Assembly (NCBI GenBank): GCA_051453625.1
Contig: JBOZIK010000001.1
Location: 38,783,866 to 38,821,951 of the forward strand
Direction: 5' to 3'
From: Welwitschia mirabilis
Lineage: Eukaryota
Length of the DNA: 38,086 bases
The first letter of the stretch is position 1; every line of letters begins with the position of its first letter. The notes beneath the pieces were generated by a model, which had not been told where the DNA came from, did no database searches, and was given only the letters and a program-made list of their open reading frames with translations. The translations under genes and the position numbers were made by a program. Positions 22,980 to 34,965 of this stretch are shown one piece after another.

Positions 22980-24300
22980 GATCAGGTTCCCTTAGTGATT
23001 ACCTTCGTACCATTAGATGAGTGTAATGGTGAACTGTAAAGGAACATCAGACTCCTTGGAGGAATGATATGATTGCTATTGTGCCTTATGTATCTCTCCA
23101 TACATGATGTGTTCTTGTTTCTGTGGAGAACATTCCTTACACCTTGAATAATAATTTGTTTCTCTTTGAGGCTGTTCCTCCCTTGCATCAAACCCATTTC
23201 CATTATTATGATCATTATTGCTACTAGTCCAAATAGGAGTGCCCATCTCCTCCAAGTTAGATAGGGGTTCCTTCCCCTCATTGGTTGCTTCATGTGAATA
23301 TGTATCTCTTCTTAATGTTCATGATGTTCCATCAAATCTTCCCCATTGCTTTAGCAATTGCTTTTAGACCTTTATTAATTAAGGATGAAACTTGTGCTCT
23401 AACTAATTTAGAATGCTTTAGAGCTAGTTTGTGTGAGCTAGTACCTACACCTATGGATTTTATGGCACTTTTCTTTTTCCTAAAATCTAATAATGTCCTT
23501 TTGTCCCTGATTAAATTGATAGCAAAAGCCATTATGCTAGCACTAGAAATGAGCATATTCATTGAAAACGGATGGATAAAAGTCTAGAAATTATGGTATT
23601 TTATTTTAAAATCATATCTTTATAAAGGACATATCTAATATCTATATGAACACAAGTCTACGAGCAGTGAATAATAAAAATTCGCATTGTGAAATAATAA
23701 CCATAACTCCTACCTCTTTCAAAAATATTGTAAAATTATACTAAGCTCAAGGCAAGTGCATTATGACTCATTTCTTTGCATTCAATACATTCATCAATAG
23801 ATACACGAGATTGACTAAGAATGTAAGTTGTAAGATATTTCTAAAAAGCTCTAATCACTTTACATGTAAATATTCTTTTAAAGGCAAAAAAATACAATTG
23901 TATAACATGGGTCACATCTATTCAGAGTATTTTATTAATAAATGAGGAGTAATATAAAGGATTCTATCACTTAGTTATGTTTTGAATGTGCTTGAAACAT
24001 CATCGTTTTCATTAACATTGTAATAGAGCTCACGAATCATTTGAACAGGGATATTATAAGTAAGATCAACTAATTTTTATCATTCAAGATGCTCAAAATA
24101 GTGATGGATTTCTATTTTCTTGTTTGGCTTAAAACCAAGAGTTCTTTTTGCTATTGCATTAATTGATCTCAAATTTACATACCTCGTTGTTGCATTTGGA
24201 TTGATAAAGGAAGATTCATACCTTTATTTTTGAATTATCTTTTCCCCTTTCTCTACCTTATAAGCCTTTTCAAAACTGAAAGTATCTTTGGTGTAATCCA
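22980..24300 (-). pseudogene. Disrupted extra (env-like / putative plant transposon protein) ORF between pol and the 3' LTR
   Basis: 24208-24017 translates as FINPNATTRYVNLRSINAIAKRTLGF...IHHYFEHLE**KLVDLTYNIPVQMIRELYYN, resembling the F..RY...W..L...VREFY.N pattern of such ORFs; ORF fragments continue at 23562-23332 and 23293-22982. Confidence 0.6.
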
Positions 24301-27300
24301 TTGGAGAAGATAATGATAAAACATTAAAGGATGAATCAAGGACTTGGTGAATAATAATTCTTTCAAGTAAGTAGACATTTTAGAGAGGAGATATAAGATG
24401 TTTTTCAGTGGCTGAACTTGTAAGTTGAATGACTTGAGAAGCTTTAATAAAAGACATCTAGCTTGTAAAAAACATAAAAAATCTATAAGGAAATAAAGGT
24501 TTTTCTTTTTAAAGATGTTTGATCCTAACTATTCACTTTTTTTGGTTTTTGTATTATCTAGATTATAAACATCTTTGATGTTAAAGATATCTAAAATGTG
24601 CTTGAGAGACATCTATAAAACGGGAGACATCTAAGCTAAAATGACCTTAAAGAAATAAAAACCTTAATAGGGCACATCTAAAACATGACAAGACATCTAC
24701 ATCCTAAGTGCAACAAAAAAAAAAAAAAAAAAGGGCCAAAAGTTACTTATTTAACTGTCATGAGACATCTTAATGGAGAAGAGTCCTAAAAACATGAATT
24801 ATGTAATAGATGTCTACAATAAAATAAGACATCTAGTACATGTAAAGCCGTTTATTATATAGCAGATGTCTACATAGAAAATGCCTAGAAATCTTAAGAT
24901 AGTGCATAATTCATGATTAACTTAAACAACAATACATAAAAACTCTAGAAAATGAAAAATGATAGAATTAAAACAATACAGTTGATAAGGATCCATGTGT
25001 ATTTAACTTACCTAATTGAGCATGACCCAATTCCAAACTCTCTGTACAACTTATTGANNNNNNNNNNNNNNNNNNNNNNNNNNNNNNNNNNNNNNNNNNN
25101 NNNNNNNNNNNNNNNNNNNNNNNNNNNNNNNNNNNNNNNNNNNNNNNNNNNNNNNNNAAGGATCCATGTGTATTCAACTTACCTAATTGAGCATGACCCA
25201 ATTCTAAACTCTCTGTACAACTTATTGAATTAGACTTTGTATAGGGGTTTTATAAAGATATCAACCAATAAATATTCTATCTTTACATACTCCAATTTGA
25301 TGTTTCTGCTTTGTACTTGATCATGGAGGAAATGGTGATAGATCTTTACATGTTTTATCTGGGAATGTTGAATATGGTTCTTTGATATGTTAATTGTGCC
25401 GTTGTTGTTATNNNNNNNNNNNNNNNNNNNNNNNNNNNNNNNAAAGTCTTAAAGCATTTCTTTCATCCATAGAATTTATGCACAACAATTTTCTATAGTA
25501 AAGTACTATTCTTTTGTTATTGTAAGGATATGGAAGTTTGCTTCTTACTATGTCATGCCATTGAGCATTTACCAAGGAAGTAATAGTAGCTACTTGTAGT
25601 TCTCTTATCGTCTTGGTATCCTATACAATATGCATTACACTATCCAATAAAATTAAGGTAGAAGTATTTGAGACACCAAAAACCTTAGTTTCTAGTACCC
25701 TTCAAATAATAAAAAATAAATTTAACTACTTTGATGTCACTCAGTAATATTAATTTGATAGTGAGCAAATATTCTAACACTTAGCATTGTGTTAGGTCTA
25801 TAGGAAATAAGATAAATCAAAATCCCAATCATACCTCTGTAAACCTTTTTATCCTCTTTCTTACACATAATGTTTTTATGTAGTTTGGCATTTGAGCTCA
25901 TCAGTATTCCTTTTGTCTTCACATCCTACAACTTATATTTTATTATCAAGTTCTTAGTATATTTATATTGTGAGAAAAAATACTTTCTTTTTGTTGTGTA
26001 ATTTGCAATCTAAGAAAGCTGTTCGTCTTATCAATCACGATTATTTCAAATTCATCTTACATAAGTTTAGTAAATTTGTCACATAAGGATTCATTAGAAG
26101 AATCATGGATGTACAATGATAAAAGTTATGCTTCATAACCTTAACAAATAGAGTTATGTTAGATGTACCTATTTTAAAATAATTATCAAGGAGATGTTTA
26201 AAACATTCATATGATGCTGGGGTTGCTTGTTTTAGATCATTTAAAGCCTTGTTTAACCTATAAACATAACCATTTTTATGTGAATAAGTAAAAACTTTAG
26301 GTTGTTTAACATATATCTCTTGTTAAGACTCCATTCAAAATTCATTTTTCATTTTTTTATTTGATATAATATGAAGCCTTTAAAGAATGTGAATGCCATT
26401 AGTATCCAAGTTGACTCCATTTTAAAAATGACTGCAAAGGCTTCTTCAAAGATAATTCCTTTCTATTGGTTGTAAACTTTTGCAACAAGATGATATTTGT
26501 TTGTGACTATGTTTTCATTCTCATCCATCTTGTTTCTAAAGATACCTTTTGTGCCTATGACTTGATAGTTTAAAGGTCTGATAACTAGTATCTAAGCATC
26601 ACATATTTGGAACTGGTTTAATTCCTCCTGCATCGTCAACATTATTTTTTGTCACCTATAATTTCTTTAAATTTTTTGGGCTTCATTTGAGACATGTATG
26701 TAGCGTAACCACAAAATTCATGTAATGATTTATTTTTTTAAATACCACTAGAGGAGCTTCTAATGATCTTCCTATGAGAGTGTGCCTTTTTCAACCTACT
26801 CATCATAGGAGGCTTTAATGAGCTTAAATTATTATTAACATCTATGTTACTATTAAAGTTTGATAATTACACTTTAGAGTGATGTTCATTTTCCCCATCA
26901 TGTTCATCATTTAGAAAACAAAAAATTTGCATGTGAGCATTATCAATCTTAATATTTATTTTTCCTTCCATGGTTAGAATTCATTTTTTATAAATTCCAC
27001 ATGCTGTGCTATTCATAGAATATTAAAATAAATACCTTTATTATCCCTAGTATCATATTTTCCAAGCCGATCTTTATAATTTAGAATATAACATTTTGAA
27101 TAAAAAATGTAAAAGTAACTTAAAGAGGGCATTTTACCTTATTATAGTTGATAAGAGGTATTAATTCTGAATTGACTTACCATAACATACTACCTTTTGA
27201 TCATGAAATGTAATTTTTACCATCTTATTTAATTGTCTGCTTTTGTGCTCTGCAACTCCATTTTATTATGAACTTCATAGAGTAGAGAATTGATGATAAA

Positions 27301-30300
27301 TGCAATGTTGTTTACAAAACTTATTCAAGCATGCCTTTTTGAAATCTCCACCCTTATTACTTTGGATGAACTTGATTGGGTAATCCTTTTCATTCTATGA
27401 TTTAGTGCACAACTTAGAGAAATGATTAAAAGCCTCATCCTTATGAAAAAGAAATGCTATTCATTTAAAGTGAGAATAATCATTAGCAATTGTAAGATAA
27501 TACTATCTTCTTCTAAGACCTTTAGTTCAAAGTGGATCAACAAATCAAGATGCAATATATCCAAAGGGTGTGAAGTAAATTTTGACTTTTGCTTATCTAA
27601 CCTTGTTTGCTTGCCCTTCTAACAAGAATCATAAATCTACTCATCAAACCTCTTAAGTTTTGGAAATCCTCCTACAAGTTGTTTAGATGATAAATTTTTC
27701 ATGAAATTTGTGTTGACATGCATAAACTTTCTATTATATCTTTACATGACATGTGGTGCTAGGTGTACACTTGATATACTTATTAGGAATATCATTGAGA
27801 GATATAACATATAATTTTTTTTCTTTGTACAACAAGTAATACTTTGTTGGAATTATAATCCTTAATAGTATAGCCATTTTTCAAAAAGATGACATCATAT
27901 TTTGAACCACAAAGTTGACTAACATTTAATAGGATATATTGTAATCCATCAACATAAAATACATTTTTTTTACCTTAAGGAGGTTTCCACCTCTAATTAT
28001 GTTGATTTCTATGATGGAAGATTTAGTGTTATCACCAAATGAAGCAACACAATGATCTTGATTAACTAGAGAAGTAAGGATTGATTTATCTCCCATCGTA
28101 TGTTGAGGATAACTACCATCTATATTCCAAACATTATTCTTTATTATCAAAAAAGAAATATAAGGAATAAAGGCATTATTGTATTGGTTTAGAATGCATC
28201 TATTCTTGTAGTTACCTTGCATATATTTTATAATCCATTTCTTTAGCTTNNNNNNNNNNNNNNNNNNNNNNNNNNNNNNNNNNNNNNNNNNNNNNNNNNN
28301 NNNNNNNNNNNNNNNNNNNNNNNNNNNNNNNNNNNNNNNNNNNNNNNNNATTATTGTATTGTTTTAGAATGCATCTATTATTTTAGTTACCTTTAATATA
28401 TTTTATAATAAATTTCTTTATATTTTTATTATTATTTTATTTTTTTTTACCAAATCTTAACTAATAAAATTACCTACAATGCCTTCTTTTATGGTAATTA
28501 AAGCAAATGATGTTATTCATATAAGCTAAATGGTTATACCTTGGATTATATTTCTATTTTAAAAAATAGAGTTTTTAATTTTCCTAGTAATTTCCTTATT
28601 GATGCTTCATTTTTACCTAATCCACTTTTCTCATTTGGCCTTCTATCCAATTGTAGTGTTTAAGGTTATTTGGCATTAGGAAAACTTCCATTTATGTATT
28701 TAGCATCCTATAATTTATATTTCAAATTCTTAAATTCATTCATTAGTTTTAGAATCTCAATTTTAAGAGACAAATTTACACTTGTTAACTTCAAATAAGA
28801 GTCCTTTTCTTGTTAATAAAATAACTCACGGTTGTTGTGCAATTTATTCATATAACGAATGCTTCAAAAATCAAATCATACCTTTATTAAGGAGTTAACT
28901 CACGTTCCTCTTCATTAAGAATTTCTTAAATATTTACAAGTTTTATGGTTTTTATAATCATTGCTAGATTTATCATGCATAATAGCCATAAAGGAAGCAT
29001 GGCTATCTTTGTCATCATCATTTGAGCCTTTCTCCTTAGTGAAATATTCATCTTTCTCACAACAAAGAAGTTTTTATTCTTTTTGAAATCCCTCTTTTGG
29101 ATTTTTCCTTATAGTCTATTAGCACATGGGAGTTTTGAGGTAAGATGCCCTTAATCCCCATAAATCCAACATTCCAAGTTTAAAATATCATGTTTGAAAG
29201 TGGTTGTGAAGTTTTACCTTAGGGTTTGGATGTTCTAGGATAATATTCTCTTATTTTATTTCTTCTTTTAAGAAGGTTTTTGAGCTACTTAAAGATAATA
29301 ATAAGTTATTTATTAATATCATTTAGAGAATCAATAGCCTTGCCTTTATCATGTTTTTTTTTTTTTTAAATTATCACTAGCTTTAAGAGATATGGATATT
29401 TCTTTGATAATTCCATCTTGAATCAAGTTAATTTCATCAGTAATTAAAGAACTTTGGAATTCTTTAACCTTTTCTTGATTCTTTCATGGTAGCAGTTTTA
29501 GGTTTGTATACTAGAATAAGTGATTTAATCACTTTTTAAATCACCTTGTCTTCAGATAGTTCTCCATCAATTCCATAAAAGACATTTATGATGTTTCTCA
29601 TTCTTGTGAAATACAAATGAACTTTTTCTCCATAATTCATTTTAATATTTTCAAATTAATTTATCCAAACTAATAATTTAGATTTATTAATCATAGAAGT
29701 ACTTTCATAAGTGCCTTTAAAAAAATGCCCTGTTTGCAATGCTGTAATCGATAACTTTATTACACTTTTCTAGTGAATGAACCCAGTACAAAGAATTATT
29801 GGATTTAAACATGTGGGTATCTTTTTTAGAATGAGACCAATTTATTCTAGCCTTGGTTTTAGTGATGCTTATATTATTGGAATTTGTGCTAGTCTCTATA
29901 GAAGTCGTATAACTATCTTTGCTTATCTGACACACTTAAAACTCAAGAAATTATAAGTAAATCCATATGCTCATCTTCTAATAGGTATAATGTTTTCCAA
30001 TGAAGAGTCGAGGTCTAGTAGTTTAAAACCTCATTACAACAATGCACTTAATGATTTTGCACCTTTTTATGGGTACCTACTTTGATATGACTTGAGGATC
30101 ATTAAAATTAAAGGGAAGGGATGAATGAGTTCTATATAAAGAAATTCACTTATAAAATAAATAACTTGCTAAAATAAAGTAAGCTCATGCAGATTAAAAA
30201 TGGAACTCTTACTAGATTTATGTTGTTCCCCAACTAGGATAGCCTGCACTCAAAGGGTATAATCAGGAGCATCTTTGTATATAGCTTATCAACAACATTA

Positions 30301-31292
30301 TAGGGCTTAAAATACAATTGAGTTATTCCTTATAAGGAAATTAATTCATACCCTTAGGGTTCAAGCTTAAAAAGTAATATTTACCTTAGGAACACACTAA
30401 AAATCCTTACAAGGCTTAAAGTATAATGGATTTACTCCTCGTAAGGTAACTAACTTAACCTCTCAGGGTTCAAGATTATGAAGTGGTATTTCCCTTAGAA
30501 ACACATTAAAATATTCGTACAAGGTACAAAAATATATAAGCCTCTCAAAGAAAGTATGAAATGAAAAAGTGGAATGTGAATTTATATAGATTTAGAAATT
30601 GATTTTTTTTTCCATGTAGGGATAGAATGGAAGTGGTCTTAGAATAATATAGTATGAAAAATAATACTTTCTTATTTAATATTAGAGCCTACAAAAAGTA
30701 GTAGAAGGAACCTAATGAATCTTTTTAATTCTTTCTTCTTAAAGGTGTTGTAGACATTTTTCTTTCATAAGTACGAAGCCTTGGTGGCCAAAAAAAGGGA
30801 AAAAATCATTTTGATTGACTTCCTGTTAAGATTGTTTTCCTTTTGGACTTTTGATAGAAGTTTCTAAAACTAGTTACTAAAAGGGAAACATGTAGAAATG
30901 ATTAGTTTCATAGCCCTTAATGGCTACTTTTTATTTTTGCATTTTAAGTTAAAGTAGATGTCTTCATGACTTGTTAATGTCTTGAGCTTTATAAACATCT
31001 TCATAATGTGTAGACATATTTAATCTAAAATCAAACAAGATTTGGTAATGATCAAAACTAGATTTTGGATTGATATAAAAAATCACTTCATTATATATGT
31101 TTTCAATCTTTGTAGACATATTTTATTAATTATTTTATACTTTACTAAAATATTATTATACAGGAATATTTTAAAATATAGGTAAAATGATTCTTTAGAA
31201 AGTATACATCTTTAATTATAGTAGAATTCTTTTGTCATGGTTTATTAGTTCAGCCAAGATGTCTTTCATGCTATAGATTCCTAGTGATATGA

Positions 31293-31341
31293 TAGATGTC
31301 TTCAAAATGTGTAGATGTCTTCAAAATATGTAGATGTCTTC
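31293..31341. repeat. 19-bp tandem repeat TAGATGTCTTCAAAATRTG, about 2.5 copies
   Basis: TAGATGTCTTC at 31293, 31312 and 31331. Confidence 0.85.
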
Positions 31342-31599
31342 ACTAACAAATCGCTAAGACACACAAAGATTACCAAGGCATTAAACTTAAACTATACTTT
31401 GGAAACCCATTAGTTGTCTTGTAGGCATCTTCACTTTGGTAGATGTCTTCTATTCATTATTTAATTTAGCTATGTTCTTGTCACTATGTACATTATGAGT
31501 TTAAGTAAGATCATCCTAGGAATACAAATTGTACAAAGCCAAAACTAAGCTTTATCAAAATAAACTAGGACTTTTGTTTAAAGTATAGGCCTAATATTA

Positions 31600-34500
31600 T
31601 TTTTTTCCGAGGGAAAAATGTAGTAGATGAAAAAATAAAGCATACATAGAATCTATTTCTATAACTACCATAGGAAAATTCAGTATTAGAAAAAGAGTAT
31701 TATTTATAAATAAAGAAAGCTAGCAATGAGGGATAGTGCTAAGCATATAACAAGAATAAAATAACAATGGCATGAATCTTAATAATTACATATGTTCTTT
31801 ATGGTCAATTTAGAGAAATCATGTTAAGTATTCATTGAAGCTTAAGCATGGTGACATAACCGCATTCACCACATAAGTGTTTATCAAGTATCTCAGTTAC
31901 CTTAGCTCTTATAGCTTACTTCACAAGCATAAAAAATAGGAACATAATTATAAGAAACCTCAGATGTTAGTAAACTATGAGATAAGCTATACACATGAAG
32001 AATTACTTAGAATTTTGTAAAAGCTTAACATGATTCAATCTAAATCAAGCATTATAGGTATGAAAATGCATTCACACTTGAAATAAAAACACTAAATTGA
32101 AAATATTATAACACTTACTACAATAGTAAAATAAAATCTACTTAAGTAAAATACTTAAGTTAAAGCTTGAAATATCATGCTAACCTTAAGCACTAACACA
32201 TTTCTCAAGGGAAAAAAATTAGAAAGTAGACATATCTAGAGATCATCTCAATTTCAAGACATCAACTATAGATAGCATCTAATAAGATCCTAAAATTTAG
32301 ATTCAAGTACCCTTTCATAGATACAAAATTAGGGTTAGCATTAGGGTTCTAGAATTTGTGTAATTTTTGATAACTTCAGATGATTTAGTAATATCCTTAA
32401 GGATATTGTAATCTACCCAAGATTACAAAATGTGAAAATCAACTAAAGATGTGCAATTTGATTGATGATACTATTGACTCCAACTAGCACTAGTAGAGTT
32501 TTGAGGATTTCACCTATTATCTTTTGGATCATGCTCCAACATCATACTAAAGACTTAAATATCCATTTTTTATGATGTTAACAATATACATTAAGATAAA
32601 CTAATAAAAACATTAGAATTAAAACTTGATTATACTAAATGGGAATTAAATTAAATGTTAATTTTTAGATGTTATCAAATCCTCAACTAATATTTTTCTA
32701 GTCTCTTAACAAAAAAGTGTAAAGGTTGAATAATCCAAAAAAATTACAAGTGAAAACATTGAATTGTTGAACAAATGTAATGAAAGTGATAGAACAGTTT
32801 TGCCACTTTAGAGGCTAAATTTACCTAAGTAAGATGGAAAAAAACATTGAAGAGAAAAAATTTAAGTGAAATTTCCACTCCCCACAATCAAATTTAACTT
32901 TGTCCTCAAAGTTAATGACATGGAAATTGAAATGCATATGAGAAAAAAATTATGCAAAAGCTTAAGATGTACATGGTAATGAAAGAAAATTATTGCATTA
33001 AATTTGAAAAACCATTACATAAAAAATGAGTTCATGTAATATAGAAAAATGCAAAACAATAAAAAATACATCTAAAAATGCAAGGGAAGAAAGTATAAAA
33101 TGAAGTGCGAGAAACATTCTACCTATGGATATTTGATGATAAATCACTCTTTTAAGATCCTTTTCTATTGTTTCTTGCTCTTTGGATATCTATTTTTATT
33201 TCATGAAAATATTCTTCATATTTCCTCAAATCTTTCCTATCCAATCCTTTTGAGTTCTTGGCACTTGTTTTAGAATGTATGACTTCAAGTGCAACAAGAA
33301 TGATGAAGAGAATAAGAAGGAGAAAGAGGAAAAGGTACATGAGAGGTTTCTACAATGAGTTCTTTAAACTTCCTTCTACTAATAGGATAAGAATATCGAG
33401 AAGAAGGGGCTTTAAGAATAGTTGGAGAATGGCCTTAAGCTTGTTCTTATTCTTAAAGTTTTCTTAGAATGTAATCTTCATTCATGTACTTCTTGAATTA
33501 GATGATCTTTTCATGGGTAATGTTTTCTATGTATGTCCTATCCTCATCATCACATCTAAGAGTTGAAGAGAGGACATTGTAAAGCAAATATAAAACTAGA
33601 AATGCGAGAGATAAGTTACTTGTATTGCCTACATGGGTAGCTATGCTTCTAAATAGGCATTAGGCCATGTCAAAATGTTTATTTTCTTGGATGACTATAA
33701 TCATGTCCAAATAGTTATTATATACATCAGTGACATGGAGGTATATAAGATGTTTTTATTAATAAATCTAAAGAGGGCAAGTTGATTTTTATAAAGGTAT
33801 TTGCAAGATAAATCACTCTCTCTATCAAGAGCATATTCTACATTTAACGCTTCACAACAATCACTAAGGATTCTAGTAAGCAAGAAGGGTAGATCATCAT
33901 AATGGGTTACTCTAAAGATACCCTCTAAATTTCCTGAAGTGATAGTAAAAGAAGTGCTATGAATATAAGAATGAATTACCTAAGAGTATTCCTCATCCAT
34001 AATTTCATTCCTATAGAATTCAAGTAATTCTTTATGGTAGTGGTATGTTCCATCTTTCTTCAAGAGGTATTGTTAATTTTTGGACTCAATCTTGACAAAG
34101 TAATATGGTGTATAGAGGGAGAGAAAAGATTAGAAGATGTCTTCTTCAATGAAAGTTTCTTCTCTCCTCTATTATTAGTATTAGTTATGTGTTGTAGAGG
34201 GTAGGGTTTAAGTTGTTTAAACAATTCTAGAAATAACCAGAATCTCCTTGCTCAGCACAGATCGTTCTCGATCTCCTGTCCTACATTCAAGAGCCTATGC
34301 CATAACATCCTCCACGATTTCCCACTTCAGCAAACATGAGGTTAGTGACAAGAAATAAAAGAAAAAATGGAAAAAACTAGATTATAAGCAATTTCTAAAA
34401 TGAAAACTAAAAGCAATTTCTAAAATGAAAATTAACTTATCAAAGACCTAGAATAACAAGAAAGACTAAATAAAATCTATGAGAATAAGTATAAATGAAA

Positions 34501-34965
34501 ATTATAGAAATGGATGGTGGTGCCAGTGAGGTCAAGTAGTGGAACTAGTTACTTTTCATTAATAGACCTAAGCTCATGACAAGTAAAAAAAAAATGCATA
34601 AAAAATATCAATGAGGTGCATTGATCACATTGGGATTTGGTTTATATATAAACTAGGTGAACTTCTAGATCTTGCATTATTTCATATTTTAGATTGATTT
34701 GGCCTAGATTGAGACATGGATAGAAAGGTCATATCATAAAAGTATAAGTTTGCTTTTTAATATGTTTTCTCATAAAGGATATTATGGAATGTGAATGCTT
34801 GAAATGGTCAATGTGATGGGAAAAGAGATTACATGAAAATGAAAATGATAAATCTACCATGCATCATATGAATAAAAGAGATATATGAAAATGAATCTAA
34901 TGACATAATTTTTATTTTATTTTTACTTAATTTAATGGATATATTACTATAAAAAAGCAAAGTAT
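31600..34965 (-). mobile_element. Athila-like Ty3/gypsy internal 3' remnant (extra ORF plus non-coding region); boundaries approximate
   Basis: Athila-type internal PPT-like motif, + strand CTCCCCACAATCAAATTTAACTTTGTCCTCAAAGT (32878-32912), downstream of an env-like ORF remnant. Confidence 0.5.
33150..34200 (-). pseudogene. Disrupted env-like / putative plant transposon protein ORF
   Basis: QYLLKKDGTYHYHKELLEFYRNEIMDEEYS*VIHSYIHSTSFTITSGNLEGIFRV (EFY at 34021-34013), then LALFRFINKNILY and a charged, coiled-coil-like tail (33340-33152). Confidence 0.55.

Larger units (their letters stand above)
20768..31596 (-). mobile_element. Degenerate SIRE/Maximus-like Ty1/copia element with ~1.5-kb LTRs and an extra ORF
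   Basis: LTRs ~30093-31596 and ~20768-22307, both with the SIRE-type terminal GGGGTGAAT-like motif; decayed PBS (30079-30090); gag RPRLFIGKHYTY ~30015; protease VWNIDGSYPQHTMGDKS; integrase ~27000-27750; RT MQEELNQFQ...GTKGIFRNKMDE ~26630 and YRGMIGILIYL; RNase H ~25220-25560; pre-PPT/PPT GGACATCATCAAGAAGGGGGAG (22331-22310). Confidence 0.82.
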
